Shown here one piece after another: positions 9,915 to 20,232 of a stretch of DNA of 64,000 nucleotides. The translations under genes were made by a program, and so were the position numbers. Source of the DNA: a virus; IMG/VR virus record IMGVR_UViG_3300028844_002785, positions 23,129 to 87,128 of that record; one strand, written 5' to 3'. The notes under the pieces are model-generated. The model saw only the letters and a program-made list of their open reading frames with translations. It was not told where the DNA came from and did no database searches. Numbering within the stretch: the first letter of the stretch is position 1; each line of letters begins with the position of its first letter.

Positions 9915-11240
9915 ATGGCAAAAAATGTTTATTTCTCTGGTGGAACCAGATCAGAACAAAGACTTTACGAAGATTTAATTATAGAATCTTTGAAGATTTA
10001 TGGTCATGACGTTTATTATCTACCAAGAGAAATTGTAAGTAAAGATGACTTATTTACAGAAGACGTTCTTTCCAAGTTTGATGAAAATTATATGATTGAG
10101 ATGTACATCTCTAATTACGAAGGATTTGAAGGAGATGGATCTCTATTATCAAAATTTGGTGTAAGGATTGCTGATGAAGCAACATTTATAATTGCTAAAC
10201 GAAGGTGGGAAGATCTAATTGCATCTTCAAATAATTTAGTATCAGCCTTCAGACCTAACGAAGGTGATGCAATTTATCTACCATTAACAGATCAATTGTT
10301 CCAAATTAAATTTGTTGAACATGAAAAACCATTCAGACAATTAGATGGAATTCAGACATACGGTCTAGTTGCTGAATTGATGGAATTCTCTAATGAGAGA
10401 TTGGAAACTGGTGTTTCAGAAATTGATAATCTTGCAAGAATTACTGGTTACACTACAACGTTCAAAATTACAGATGGCATCAAAGATTTTATTGTTACAT
10501 CCGGTGGTAGTGGATATGGATCGGGAACTACAGCAACAATAGGTGGAACTGGTACTGGGGCAACTGCTACAGTAAGTCTTACAAGTGGTGTAGTAACTTC
10601 TGTAAATGTCACAGAACCAGGATTAGGATATACAACAGCCCCACCAATTAGTATAGTTGGAAATGGAACTGGTGCTGCAGTGACTGCTTTGATTGCATCA
10701 AAGGGTAATTTTGAGACAGGTGAAATAGTTAAATCACAGGTAAATACTGCAAAAGCAGTTGCATCTAGAACATTAAATACAGTTTCATCAATAACTTTAT
10801 ATGATAATGGTAATAAATATACCTACGTTCCCACTGTAACTATAAGCGGTGGCGGTGGATCTGGAGCTACTGCAACAGCAACTTTAAATTCTACTGGACA
10901 AGTTTCTGGTATTATCTTAACAGATACAGGTTCTGGATATACTTCAGATCCAACTGTAATTATACAATCACCACTAAATGAATCAACTGCTAAAGTGGTA
11001 AGATTTGATACTACAAATAAAGAATTAGAAGTAACTGATATTGTCGGTAAATTTACTGATAATGATAGTTTAATAGGTTTAACTAGTGGAGCTGAATGGA
11101 CGATAAATACGTTTAGTTCTATTGAGAATGAAAACGATCCTGAAGCAGAGAATCTATTCTTTGAAACTGAAGGAGACAGTATTATAGACTGGACCGAGGG
11201 CAATCCTTTCGGAGAATATGGTAATCAAGGAGTCTTTTAA
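9915..11240 (+). CDS. gp14: Neck protein gp14 with Gly/Thr-rich repeat insertion
   Basis: EQRLYEDLIIESLKIYGHDVYYLPR, RPNEGDAIY, C-terminal DWTEGNPFG. Confidence 0.93.
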   Translation: MAKNVYFSGGTRSEQRLYEDLIIESLKIYGHDVYYLPREIVSKDDLFTEDVLSKFDENYMIEMYISNYEGFEGDGSLLSKFGVRIADEATFIIAKRRWEDLIASSNNLVSAFRPNEGDAIYLPLTDQLFQIKFVEHEKPFRQLDGIQTYGLVAELMEFSNERLETGVSEIDNLARITGYTTTFKITDGIKDFIVTSGGSGYGSGTTATIGGTGTGATATVSLTSGVVTSVNVTEPGLGYTTAPPISIVGNGTGAAVTALIASKGNFETGEIVKSQVNTAKAVASRTLNTVSSITLYDNGNKYTYVPTVTISGGGGSGATATATLNSTGQVSGIILTDTGSGYTSDPTVIIQSPLNESTAKVVRFDTTNKELEVTDIVGKFTDNDSLIGLTSGAEWTINTFSSIENENDPEAENLFFETEGDSIIDWTEGNPFGEYGNQGVF

Positions 11241-12295
11241 TGTTAGGAACACATTTTTATCACGAAATTATACGTAAAACAATTGTAGGATTTGGAACTC
11301 TATTCAATAATATTGAATTGAGGCGAACTGATAGTTCTGGCAATGTTATCCAAACTCAAAAAATTCCACTCTCATATGGTCCGAGAGAAAAGTTTTTAGC
11401 TCGAATTGAGGCTGAACCACAACTAGATGGTCGTTCAGAAACTCAAATTACTTTACCTAGAATTGCATTTGAGATGCAAGGTATTACATATGATCCATCT
11501 AGAAAGTTAAGTCCAATACAAATTTGCACTTCTCCTAAAACTGATACAACTGATGCAGTATATAAACAGTATTCTCCAGTTCCATATAATTTAGATTTTG
11601 AATTAAATATTATTAGTAAAAACAATAATGATTCTGTTCAAATTTTAGAACAAATTTTGCCATATTTTCAACCTATGTTTAATATAAGTATTAAACTGGT
11701 AGAGTTAACAAAAGAAACCAAAGACGTACCGATTATTTTAAATAGTGTGGGTATGCAAGATGATTATGAAGGTGATTTTAGAACAAGAAGATCACTAATT
11801 CATACACTTACGTTTACTGCTAAAACTTATCTATACGGTCCTGTTGCTACATCTGATGTTATTAGAACTGTTAACGTTGATATTGGTGCTGCGATCGATG
11901 CTGGTGCTAGATATGTAAGATACAGTGCTACACCAAAAGCAACTGAAGATTATAATAATGACGGTACTGCAGTTACTTCTATCAATATTAATAGTAATAC
12001 ATTTACATTAGCAAATCACGGATATGTAACTAATGATTTCGTTACATTGAGAGTTGCAACTAGTGGAACGCCACCTGGTGGACTAGTTGATGGAAATGAA
12101 TATTATATTATTAAAATTGATAATGATAACTTTAGAGTTGCTGGAACAAAATATAATGCTACTCGTGGATATGCTTTAGATATAACTTCTATTGGTACTG
12201 GATTACAATCATTCTCTGTTGTAAATACATTAGATGATGCGTTTGTAGAACCAGACGATAACTTCGGATTTAATGAAACTTGGACTGATTATTGA
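11240..12295 (+). CDS. gp15: Tail sheath stabiliser/terminator gp15
   Basis: FYHEIIRKTIVGFGTLFN, PLSYGPREKF, QILEQILPYFQP. Confidence 0.95.
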   Translation: MLGTHFYHEIIRKTIVGFGTLFNNIELRRTDSSGNVIQTQKIPLSYGPREKFLARIEAEPQLDGRSETQITLPRIAFEMQGITYDPSRKLSPIQICTSPKTDTTDAVYKQYSPVPYNLDFELNIISKNNNDSVQILEQILPYFQPMFNISIKLVELTKETKDVPIILNSVGMQDDYEGDFRTRRSLIHTLTFTAKTYLYGPVATSDVIRTVNVDIGAAIDAGARYVRYSATPKATEDYNNDGTAVTSININSNTFTLANHGYVTNDFVTLRVATSGTPPGGLVDGNEYYIIKIDNDNFRVAGTKYNATRGYALDITSIGTGLQSFSVVNTLDDAFVEPDDNFGFNETWTDY

Positions 12296-12296
12296 T

Positions 12297-12707
12297 ATGG
12301 CTGACACATTTGGAAATTTAGATAAAACATTTAACGTAGAATCTGCAATAGAAAAAGCAGAGGAAACAGTTGTTGATATTAAAAAAATAAAAACTGATAA
12401 AGATGTCACCAATGATTATGAGTATACTAGAGGACAACTCTATAACCTCATAGAGAAGGGTCAAGAAGCTATTAATGGTATTTTAGACGTAGCACAGAAT
12501 TCGGACCATCCTAGAGCGTATGAGGTCGCAGGCAACCTCATTAAAAACGTTGCTGATATATCAGATAAACTGGTAGATCTACAGAAGAAAATGAAAGACC
12601 TTGATGAAGACAAGAAAGGTCCAACAACAGTTACAAATAATGCGATGTTTGTTGGTAGTACTTCAGAACTACAAAAGATGTTAAAACAGATGGGAAATGA
12701 TAAATAA
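12297..12707 (+). CDS. gp16: Terminase small subunit gp16
   Basis: DYEYTRGQLY, SDHPRAYEVA, NNAMFVGSTSELQKML; start moved to ATG 12297 just after the gp15 stop. Confidence 0.93.
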   Translation: MADTFGNLDKTFNVESAIEKAEETVVDIKKIKTDKDVTNDYEYTRGQLYNLIEKGQEAINGILDVAQNSDHPRAYEVAGNLIKNVADISDKLVDLQKKMKDLDEDKKGPTTVTNNAMFVGSTSELQKMLKQMGNDK

Positions 12708-12731
12708 TATGGTAAACCCTCGCCATTGATG

Positions 12732-13160
12732 ATGAAATATTTTAGAGAGTTTAAAGAATTAGCTGAAGCTAAGCGTGGTTTGTATGCGAACATTCACGCT
12801 AAGCGAAAGAGAGGAGAAGCACCAGCGAAGTCAGGTAGTAAGGACTACCCCGCTAAGGATGCTTTCCAGAAAGCGGCGAGGACTGCTAAACAAGAAAATG
12901 CCCAATACTCAGAAGGGGCAGCATGGACAAAAAAGTCAGGGAAAAACAAGTCCGGCGGTCTCAATGAAAAAGGAAGAAAATCATATGAAAAGGAAAATCC
13001 AGGATCTGACCTTAAAGCACCAAGCAAGAAGGTTGGAAATCCCCGTAGGTCATCCTTTTGTGCTAGAATGAAAGGTATGAAGAAGAAATTAACTTCAAAG
13101 AAAACTGCATCTGATCCAGATAGCAGAATCAACAAATCACTAAGAGCTTGGAATTGCTGA
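12732..13160 (+). CDS. Basic late protein (DUF6321-like), possible internal head protein
   Basis: GGLNEKGRKSY...RRSSFCARM...SRINKSLRAWNC; N-terminus MKYFREFKELAE; GATAAATA at 12699. Confidence 0.7.
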   Translation: MKYFREFKELAEAKRGLYANIHAKRKRGEAPAKSGSKDYPAKDAFQKAARTAKQENAQYSEGAAWTKKSGKNKSGGLNEKGRKSYEKENPGSDLKAPSKKVGNPRRSSFCARMKGMKKKLTSKKTASDPDSRINKSLRAWNC

Positions 13161-13161
13161 T

Positions 13162-13428
13162 ATGGCTAACACAAACTATGTAAGAAACGACAAAGATAAT
13201 ACTGCTGACGATCCACAACCAACATCAACAACTGTCACACACTTTGATGGGAATGAAGGTTGGACTCAAAGACAGTGGAAAGATTTTAACGGCAATTATC
13301 AAGCAAGAAAATCTAACAACACTACTAGAACACCTGGTACATACCAAGCAAGAAATTCTAACAACACCACTAGAACCCCCTCAGCATATCAAAGGCGAGA
13401 TAAAGACAATAACGTTGTGTCTGCATAA
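13162..13428 (+). CDS. Hypothetical protein with 15-aa tandem repeats
   Basis: YQARKSNNTTRTPGT / YQARNSNNTTRTPSA / YQRRDKDN. Confidence 0.7.
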   Translation: MANTNYVRNDKDNTADDPQPTSTTVTHFDGNEGWTQRQWKDFNGNYQARKSNNTTRTPGTYQARNSNNTTRTPSAYQRRDKDNNVVSA

Positions 13429-13438
13429 TCTAACGTAA

Positions 13439-13479
13439 GTATTAAAAAATACTGACTATGTTAAATAGTTTGGTATAAT
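13439..13479 (+). promoter_or_regulatory. Putative NtcA-type box (GTA-N8-TAC) with extended -10 promoter
   Basis: GTAttaaaaaaTAC at 13439-13452, a 21-nt spacer ending in TGG, then TATAAT at 13474-13479. Confidence 0.45.
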
Positions 13480-13508
13480 ACATTATACCATTTACCATAG
13501 GAACTTTA

Positions 13509-13808
13509 ATGGAAAACGATAAACAAGTATCCGACCTTAAATTACAAAGGAAGGAATGTGAAAAATGTGGCGCTACCTGGATTAATGGTCAGCATGTTTG
13601 GAGAGGAACTGGGAATATTGGCACTTCAAGTGAGATGGATCTAGCTGGTTTAGTTTGTAATAAACTTGGTAATGATCAATGTATCAATCCAATGAAAGGT
13701 AAAGACGGTGGACAAACATGGGAGTACCGTTCTGGTTTCATTGATGGGGTATTTTCAGAAAAGAAAAAAAATATGGAAGAATTAAGAGATAAATTTAGTG
13801 ATCTCTAA
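13509..13808 (+). CDS. Conserved cyanobacterial/cyanophage Cys-containing hypothetical protein
   Basis: CEKCGATWINGQH...DLAGLVCN...CINP; has its own promoter. Confidence 0.7.
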   Translation: MENDKQVSDLKLQRKECEKCGATWINGQHVWRGTGNIGTSSEMDLAGLVCNKLGNDQCINPMKGKDGGQTWEYRSGFIDGVFSEKKKNMEELRDKFSDL

Positions 13809-13832
13809 ATAATAATAGTTGTAGTATGATGT

Positions 13833-15479
13833 GTGACTGATAGCGTATATCTTGGTAATCCCAATTTAAAAAAAGCAAACACTCCAATAGAGTTTACTCC
13901 TGACCAGGTTCAGGAGTTTATTAAATGTAAAGGAGATCCGGTATATTTTGCTAGAAACTATATTAAAATTGTTTCACTAGACGAAGGTCTGGTGCCATTT
14001 AGTATGTACGATTTCCAAGAGGAAATGGTACGTTGTTTTCATAAGAATAGATTTAACATTGCAAAATTACCCAGGCAGACTGGTAAGTCTACTACTGTTG
14101 TTTCTTACTTGCTTCATTATATCATATTTAATGACAATGTAAATATTGGTATTCTTGCTAACAAAGCATCAACTTCAAGAGAACTATTATCTCGTTTGCA
14201 ATTAGCATACGAGAATCTACCGCGATGGATGCAACATGGTATCCTTGCGTGGAACAAGGGTAATGTAGAACTAGAGAACGGATCTAAGATTCTTGCAGCA
14301 TCAACCTCTAGTTCTGCTGTTCGAGGTATGTCATTTAATATTATTTTCCTGGACGAATTTGCGTTCGTTCCAAATCATATTGCAGAACAATTTTTTAGTT
14401 CTGTATATCCTACTATCTCTTCTGGTAAGTCTACCAAAGTTATTATCATCTCTACTCCAAATGGGATGAACATGTTCTATAAACTCTGGCATGACGCTGA
14501 GAGGGGTAAGAACGAATATACAACTACAGAAGTACATTGGTCTCAAGTACCCGGTAGAGACGCTGTGTGGAAGGAGCAGACGATTGCTAACACATCGCAA
14601 CGTCAGTTTACACAAGAATTTGAGTGTGAGTTCTTGGGATCTGTTGATACATTGATTGCCGCATCTAAATTAAGGATGATGGTGTATGAAGATCCATTAG
14701 AAAGAAAAAATGGTTTAGATGTATATGAGTTACCCATTCCAGAACATGAATATGTAATGACAGTTGATGTGTCTAGAGGTGTCAGTAATGACTATTCAGC
14801 ATTTGTAGTAGTAGATATTACAACTATTCCATATAAAGTAGTTGCAAAATATAAAAACAATAATATAAAACCACTGTTATTTCCCAATATCATACATCCA
14901 GTTGCGATGAGTTATAATCATGCATTTGTTTTATGTGAAGTAAATGACATTGGTGGACAGGTTGCAGACATCATGCAATTTGATCTTGAATATGATAATC
15001 TTCTTATGTGTGCAATGAGAGGAAGAGCTGGACAGATTGTTGGTCAAGGGTTCTCTCATAAATCACAGTTAGGTATTAAGATGACTTCCACAGTCAAAAA
15101 AACTGGATGTTCAAACTTAAAAGCACTTATTGAAGATGATAAATTATTGATTAGTGATTATGAAATTATTGCTGAGATGACAACTTTTATTCAAAAGAAA
15201 CAATCATTTGAAGCAGAAGAGGGATGTAATGATGACCTTGCTATGTGTCTTGTTATTTTCGCATGGTTGTCTGTGCAAGAGTATTTTAGAGAACTTACTT
15301 CTGATGATGTTAGAAAAAGAATTTTTGAAGATCAAAGAGAATCTATTGAAGAAGATATGGCACCATTTGGTTTTATATTAAACGGTAACGAAGAAGATAG
15401 TTTTGTAGATGAACAGGGTGATACTTGGAATAGAGCAAGTGAGTATGGAGACATGTCTTATATGTGGGAGTATAAGTGA
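13833..15479 (+). CDS. gp17: Terminase large subunit gp17
   Basis: YLGNPNLKKA, Walker A PRQTGKST, Walker B IIFLDEFAF, nuclease motif DDLAM; GTG start. Confidence 0.98.
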   Translation: MTDSVYLGNPNLKKANTPIEFTPDQVQEFIKCKGDPVYFARNYIKIVSLDEGLVPFSMYDFQEEMVRCFHKNRFNIAKLPRQTGKSTTVVSYLLHYIIFNDNVNIGILANKASTSRELLSRLQLAYENLPRWMQHGILAWNKGNVELENGSKILAASTSSSAVRGMSFNIIFLDEFAFVPNHIAEQFFSSVYPTISSGKSTKVIIISTPNGMNMFYKLWHDAERGKNEYTTTEVHWSQVPGRDAVWKEQTIANTSQRQFTQEFECEFLGSVDTLIAASKLRMMVYEDPLERKNGLDVYELPIPEHEYVMTVDVSRGVSNDYSAFVVVDITTIPYKVVAKYKNNNIKPLLFPNIIHPVAMSYNHAFVLCEVNDIGGQVADIMQFDLEYDNLLMCAMRGRAGQIVGQGFSHKSQLGIKMTSTVKKTGCSNLKALIEDDKLLISDYEIIAEMTTFIQKKQSFEAEEGCNDDLAMCLVIFAWLSVQEYFRELTSDDVRKRIFEDQRESIEEDMAPFGFILNGNEEDSFVDEQGDTWNRASEYGDMSYMWEYK

Positions 15480-15730
15480 TGGATTTAGATGAAGAAATTT
15501 CCCTGGAACATTTATTATTTCAACAAAGAAGATGTAGAACTTGTAATAAAGTAAAGGACCTAATGGATGGTTTTTATCTTACACGAAAAGATAGAGGTGA
15601 TATACCATCATCGTATTCTTATGAGTGTAAGGAGTGTACAAAGAAAAGAGTAACTAAAACTAGAAAGGATAACCCAGACATACCATATTGGTCAGTTCCA
15701 AGAATAAAAGATGTATATCCAGACTGGTAG
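15479..15730 (+). CDS. Small zinc-finger protein (CxxC...CxxC)
   Basis: RRCRTC...SYSYECKEC; occupies the usual slot after gp17 in cyanophages. Confidence 0.7.
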   Translation: MDLDEEISLEHLLFQQRRCRTCNKVKDLMDGFYLTRKDRGDIPSSYSYECKECTKKRVTKTRKDNPDIPYWSVPRIKDVYPDW

Positions 15731-15778
15731 TCTAGACTAGTAGCATGTTCATGCATTGTTTCCCCACCAAAGAATCGA

Positions 15779-15786
15779 TATAAATA
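15779..15786 (+). promoter_or_regulatory. T4-type late promoter
   Basis: TATAAATA upstream of gp18. Confidence 0.75.
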
Positions 15787-15824
15787 AATAGTTTTGAGAA
15801 AAAAATCTCATAGAGGTATAGAAA

Positions 15825-17849
15825 ATGACATTAGCTTCACCTGGAGTACTCATTAAGGAAATAGATTTTACAGCTACCGTTCAAGTAGCTGATCAAAATA
15901 TTGGTGTTGTTGCTATCGACGCAGAACGTGGTCCTACGGATCAAGTAACTTACGTTTCTAGTGAAAGAGAACTTGTAGAAATTTTTGGTAAACCAAATAA
16001 CTATAATTACGAGTCATGGTTTGCAGCTGCAACCCTAATTCAATATGGTGCAGTCGTTGCTGTAATTAGACCTACTGGCGCTACAGATCTTGGTCTTAAC
16101 AATGCTAATATCAAACTAGATGGAACTTCTTCCACTAGTCTGGTAATTAAGAACAAGGACGATTTCGATTCAACTACAACCAAGGATTATACTTGGGCAG
16201 CAAGAACTGCTGGATCATTTAACAATGCCGTTAAGGTTGTTGTCGTTGACCATGGCGCTGATCAACAAGTAACTGCAACCGGTCATGGTTTAACAGCAGG
16301 AACTTATTTCCAGTGGGTATCTGGTAGTAAAACTTATAAAGGTAACGTTTACAAAGTAGTAGACGTAGATACTATTCAAGTAACTCTATGGGATACCACT
16401 AAAAGACTAACTGGTAATGAATCATTAGTTGATGCAAGTAACGCTGCTCTTGCAACGGTATCTGCTCTTGTATCCGATGATGTATACGGTACACTAGAGT
16501 ATGGAACAAATAGAAAATGGTCTTCTATCGCACCACAACCAGGAACATCTGCTTCTGCAGTTACAAAAGGTGCTAAGTATGATGAATTTCATATTGCTGT
16601 TGTAGATGTTAATGGTACTGTTTCTGGTACTCCTGGTAGTGTACTAGAAACATTGACATTTGTTTCTAAAGCATCTGATGCAAAAAGTGCAGAAGGATCT
16701 ACTACATACTACAAAACAGTAGTTAAAGATCAGTCAGAATATATTTATCCTGGAGATAGTATATTTATTACTTCTGGCGAACAACTTGCATTAGCTGGTC
16801 AGGTTGGTACTGCGGCAGAAATTGGTGCAGCTCTTCAAAGTGCTACATTTAAGTTATTCGATTTTGATGGTACTGGTTCCGGTACTGGAACAACTGATGA
16901 TTCAGTTGGTACTCTTTCACTCGCAGATGGTGATGATTATAGTTATGTAGACTCTGCTGCTATTGCATCAGTTAGAGCCGGTCTAGTTTCTGGTTATGAT
17001 TTAGTAGAGGATCCAGAACTATTTGGTGATGTTGATTTCTTGGTTCCTGGTCATATCTCAACTACAGTAGTTGCTAGATTGATTGCAATCGCAGAAAAGA
17101 GAAGAGATTGTGTGGTTGTTGCTTCACCAGAAAAATCTGATGTTGTTAACTCCAACACCACATCTAAAAAGACTGATGACATCATCGCGTTCTTCAGAAC
17201 GTTACCAAGTACATCCTATGCTATGTTTGACTCTGGATATAAGTATATCTACGATAAGTACAATGATGTTTATCGTTACGTGCCTTGTGCTGCAGACGTT
17301 GCTGGTCTTTGTGTTTCTACAACCAACAATTCAGAAACTTGGTTCTCACCTGCTGGATATAATAGAGGACAGATCCGTAATGCAACTAAACTTGCTTACA
17401 GTCCAAAACAAGCAGAAAGAGATAGACTTTACACAGACAGAATCAATCCAATTGTTTCATTCCCTGGTCAAGGTATAGTTCTCTTTGGAGACAAAACTGG
17501 TCTTGCATCGCCCTCTGCATTTGATAGAATCAATGTTCGTCGTCTCTTTATTGAACTTGAGAAGAATATTGCAAACTTCTCTAAGTATCAACTATTTGAG
17601 ATCAATGATGAACTTACAAGATCTGGATTCAGATCTGCTATCGAACCTTATTTAAGAGGTGTACAAGGTAGAAGAGGTATCTATGATTTCCTAGTTGTTT
17701 GTGATAGTACAAACAACACTCCAGATGTTATTGACAGAAATGAGTTAGTTGCTGAAATCTTCATCAAACCAGCTCGTACAATTAACTATATTACTATCAC
17801 GTTTGTCGCCACTAGAACTGGTGTTTCGTTCAACGAACTTACAAACTAA
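15825..17849 (+). CDS. gp18: Tail sheath protein gp18
   Basis: LASPGVLIKEID, WFSPAGYNRG, FDRINVRRLF, IKPARTINYI. Confidence 0.98.
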   Translation: MTLASPGVLIKEIDFTATVQVADQNIGVVAIDAERGPTDQVTYVSSERELVEIFGKPNNYNYESWFAAATLIQYGAVVAVIRPTGATDLGLNNANIKLDGTSSTSLVIKNKDDFDSTTTKDYTWAARTAGSFNNAVKVVVVDHGADQQVTATGHGLTAGTYFQWVSGSKTYKGNVYKVVDVDTIQVTLWDTTKRLTGNESLVDASNAALATVSALVSDDVYGTLEYGTNRKWSSIAPQPGTSASAVTKGAKYDEFHIAVVDVNGTVSGTPGSVLETLTFVSKASDAKSAEGSTTYYKTVVKDQSEYIYPGDSIFITSGEQLALAGQVGTAAEIGAALQSATFKLFDFDGTGSGTGTTDDSVGTLSLADGDDYSYVDSAAIASVRAGLVSGYDLVEDPELFGDVDFLVPGHISTTVVARLIAIAEKRRDCVVVASPEKSDVVNSNTTSKKTDDIIAFFRTLPSTSYAMFDSGYKYIYDKYNDVYRYVPCAADVAGLCVSTTNNSETWFSPAGYNRGQIRNATKLAYSPKQAERDRLYTDRINPIVSFPGQGIVLFGDKTGLASPSAFDRINVRRLFIELEKNIANFSKYQLFEINDELTRSGFRSAIEPYLRGVQGRRGIYDFLVVCDSTNNTPDVIDRNELVAEIFIKPARTINYITITFVATRTGVSFNELTN

Positions 17850-17890
17850 TTCGTTCTCTTTCGCTAAATTACACTAGGAGATAAAGAAAA

Positions 17891-18532
17891 ATGGCAAGAG
17901 GTATTTCGGAGTTTAAGACTAAACTCATCAATGGCGGCGCAAGACCCAATCTGTTCTTGGTTCGTCTAAACTTCCCAACAACGCTAAATACGATCACTGA
18001 TATTGAATCAGTAGATTCATCAAACGTTATTACCGAAAGAGCAGAATTCCTTGTGAAGACTGCTCAATTACCTGCATCAACGATCGGAACAATCGATGTT
18101 CCTTTCAGAGGTAGAATGCTTAAGGTTGCTGGAGACAGAACATTTGAACCATGGTCTGTTACCGTTGTAAATGACGGTCAATTCGGTATCCGCAAAGCAT
18201 TTGAAACCTGGTCTAGAGGTATTAATGCACTAACTGAAAACGTATCACAACTTGGTTACGGTGATGATAATCCTGGTTATTGTGTTGACCTTGAAGTCTT
18301 CCAACTAGGTAGAGACCAACAGAAACCAAATAAAACCCCTCAGTCAATGAATTCTCAGGGTCGTGATGGAATGGAAGTTATTCGCGGATATAAATTCTAC
18401 GATGCTTGGCCTTCTTCACTTTCTGCAATCGATCTCTCTTATGAGTCGAATGATCAGATTGAAGAATTCACAGTAGAATTCCAGTATAACTACTATGAAG
18501 TCTCTAAGGCAAGCCTCGATACTGGGGTTTGA
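17891..18532 (+). CDS. gp19: Tail tube protein gp19
   Basis: GGARPNLF, VPFRGRMLKVAGDRTFEPW, IEEFTVEFQY. Confidence 0.97.
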   Translation: MARGISEFKTKLINGGARPNLFLVRLNFPTTLNTITDIESVDSSNVITERAEFLVKTAQLPASTIGTIDVPFRGRMLKVAGDRTFEPWSVTVVNDGQFGIRKAFETWSRGINALTENVSQLGYGDDNPGYCVDLEVFQLGRDQQKPNKTPQSMNSQGRDGMEVIRGYKFYDAWPSSLSAIDLSYESNDQIEEFTVEFQYNYYEVSKASLDTGV

Positions 18533-18563
18533 TAAATAATAGAGAAAGATTAGACTTTATACT

Positions 18564-20204
18564 ATGACTCAGTTATTTGGGTTCTCAATTGAGGAGCGCA
18601 AGAAGAAAGAAAAACTTTATTCACCCGCTCCTCCAAATAATGATGAAGGCACCTCCACAGTTGCGGCTGGTGCCTACTTTGGTCAGTATGTAGACCTTGA
18701 TGGTATCCCCAAAAATAATAATGATTTTGAGTTAATTAAAAAGTACAGAGAAATTGCTCTTCACCCAGAGTGCGATAGTGCTATTGATGACATCATCAAT
18801 GAATCTATTAGTAGTGACCTAGATTTTGCTCCTGTAAATATTGAGCTGTCTAACCTAGAAGTTGGTGATAAAATCAAGAAACAGATTAGAGAAGAATTTA
18901 AACTTATTCTTAAGTTATTGGATTTTGATAAGAAGTGTCATAACATTTTCCGTCGATGGTATATTGATGGTAGAATGCACTATCATAAAATGATTGACTT
19001 TGAAAATCCTAAAGAAGGAATCAAAGAATTAAGATATATTGATGCACTAAAAATTAAAAAAGTAAGAGAAGTTGTAAAGAAAAAAGAAACTCTTGCAGAT
19101 GTAGAAAGAGGACCTGCAGGAGAAAAATTTGATTATGGTGAAGTACTTGAATATTATATGTACTTTCCCCATGGATATAAAGCAACTCAAGCAAAAGGAC
19201 TAAAGATTGCTGATGATGCGATATGTGCTGTAAGTTCTGGTTTGATGGATCATAACAGGAACACTGTTTTATCATTCCTACACAAAGCAATTAAATCTGT
19301 CAATCAACTCCGTATGATTGAGGATAGTCTCGTTATCTATAGATTGTCGCGTGCTCCAGAACGTCGTATTTTCTATATTGATGTTGGAAATCTACCTAAG
19401 ATGAAAGCGGAACAATACCTAAAAGAGGTTATGAACCGTTATCGTAATAAGTTGGTATACGATTCAAATACTGGTGAAGTTCGTGATGATCGTAAGCACA
19501 TGAGTATGCTTGAGGATTTTTGGTTGCCTCGTCGCGAAGGTGGTCGTGGTACTGAGATTACTACACTACCTGGTGGACAGAATTTAGGTGAACTAGAAGA
19601 CGTTAAGTATTTTCAGAAAAAACTTTATAAGTCTTTGAATATTCCTCTTTCAAGACTCGAACAAGAATCGTCTTTCACTATTGGAAGATCAAATGAGATT
19701 ACAAGAGACGAACTTAAGTTTGCTAAATTTGTTGGTCGTCTCCGCAAAAAGTTCTCAGAACTCTTTCATGATCTTCTAAAAACTCAACTAGTTCTTAAGG
19801 GTATTATGACCCTAGAGGATTGGGAAGATTTGAAAGAAAATATTCAATATGATTTTATTTTTGATAATCATTTTACAGAACTAAAAGATAATGAACTTTT
19901 AACAGAAAGATTAAATACTGTTGGTTTGATGGAACCTTATCTTGGAAAATATTTTTCTGCTGATTATGTTCGTAAGCAAGTTCTTCACTTTACTGATGAA
20001 GAAATTGAAGAGATGGATATTCAAATAGAGAAAGAAAAATCACTCGGAATTATTCAGGATCCTATGGCAATGATGGGTGATGAGATGGGTGGTCAACTTC
20101 CTCCATCAGAAGGTGGTGCGGAAAATGGTGCCGGCGGAAGTGACTTAGACAGTGCTTTTGCTGCAGCAATATCATCTTCTGATTATAATAAAGGAAACAT
20201 TTGA
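18564..20204 (+). CDS. gp20: Portal protein gp20
   Basis: YRLSRAPERRIFYIDVGNLPK, MLEDFWLPRREGGRGTEITTLPGG. Confidence 0.99.
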   Translation: MTQLFGFSIEERKKKEKLYSPAPPNNDEGTSTVAAGAYFGQYVDLDGIPKNNNDFELIKKYREIALHPECDSAIDDIINESISSDLDFAPVNIELSNLEVGDKIKKQIREEFKLILKLLDFDKKCHNIFRRWYIDGRMHYHKMIDFENPKEGIKELRYIDALKIKKVREVVKKKETLADVERGPAGEKFDYGEVLEYYMYFPHGYKATQAKGLKIADDAICAVSSGLMDHNRNTVLSFLHKAIKSVNQLRMIEDSLVIYRLSRAPERRIFYIDVGNLPKMKAEQYLKEVMNRYRNKLVYDSNTGEVRDDRKHMSMLEDFWLPRREGGRGTEITTLPGGQNLGELEDVKYFQKKLYKSLNIPLSRLEQESSFTIGRSNEITRDELKFAKFVGRLRKKFSELFHDLLKTQLVLKGIMTLEDWEDLKENIQYDFIFDNHFTELKDNELLTERLNTVGLMEPYLGKYFSADYVRKQVLHFTDEEIEEMDIQIEKEKSLGIIQDPMAMMGDEMGGQLPPSEGGAENGAGGSDLDSAFAAAISSSDYNKGNI

Positions 20205-20232
20205 TAAATAAAAGAGTAGGTTAAGTATTATT

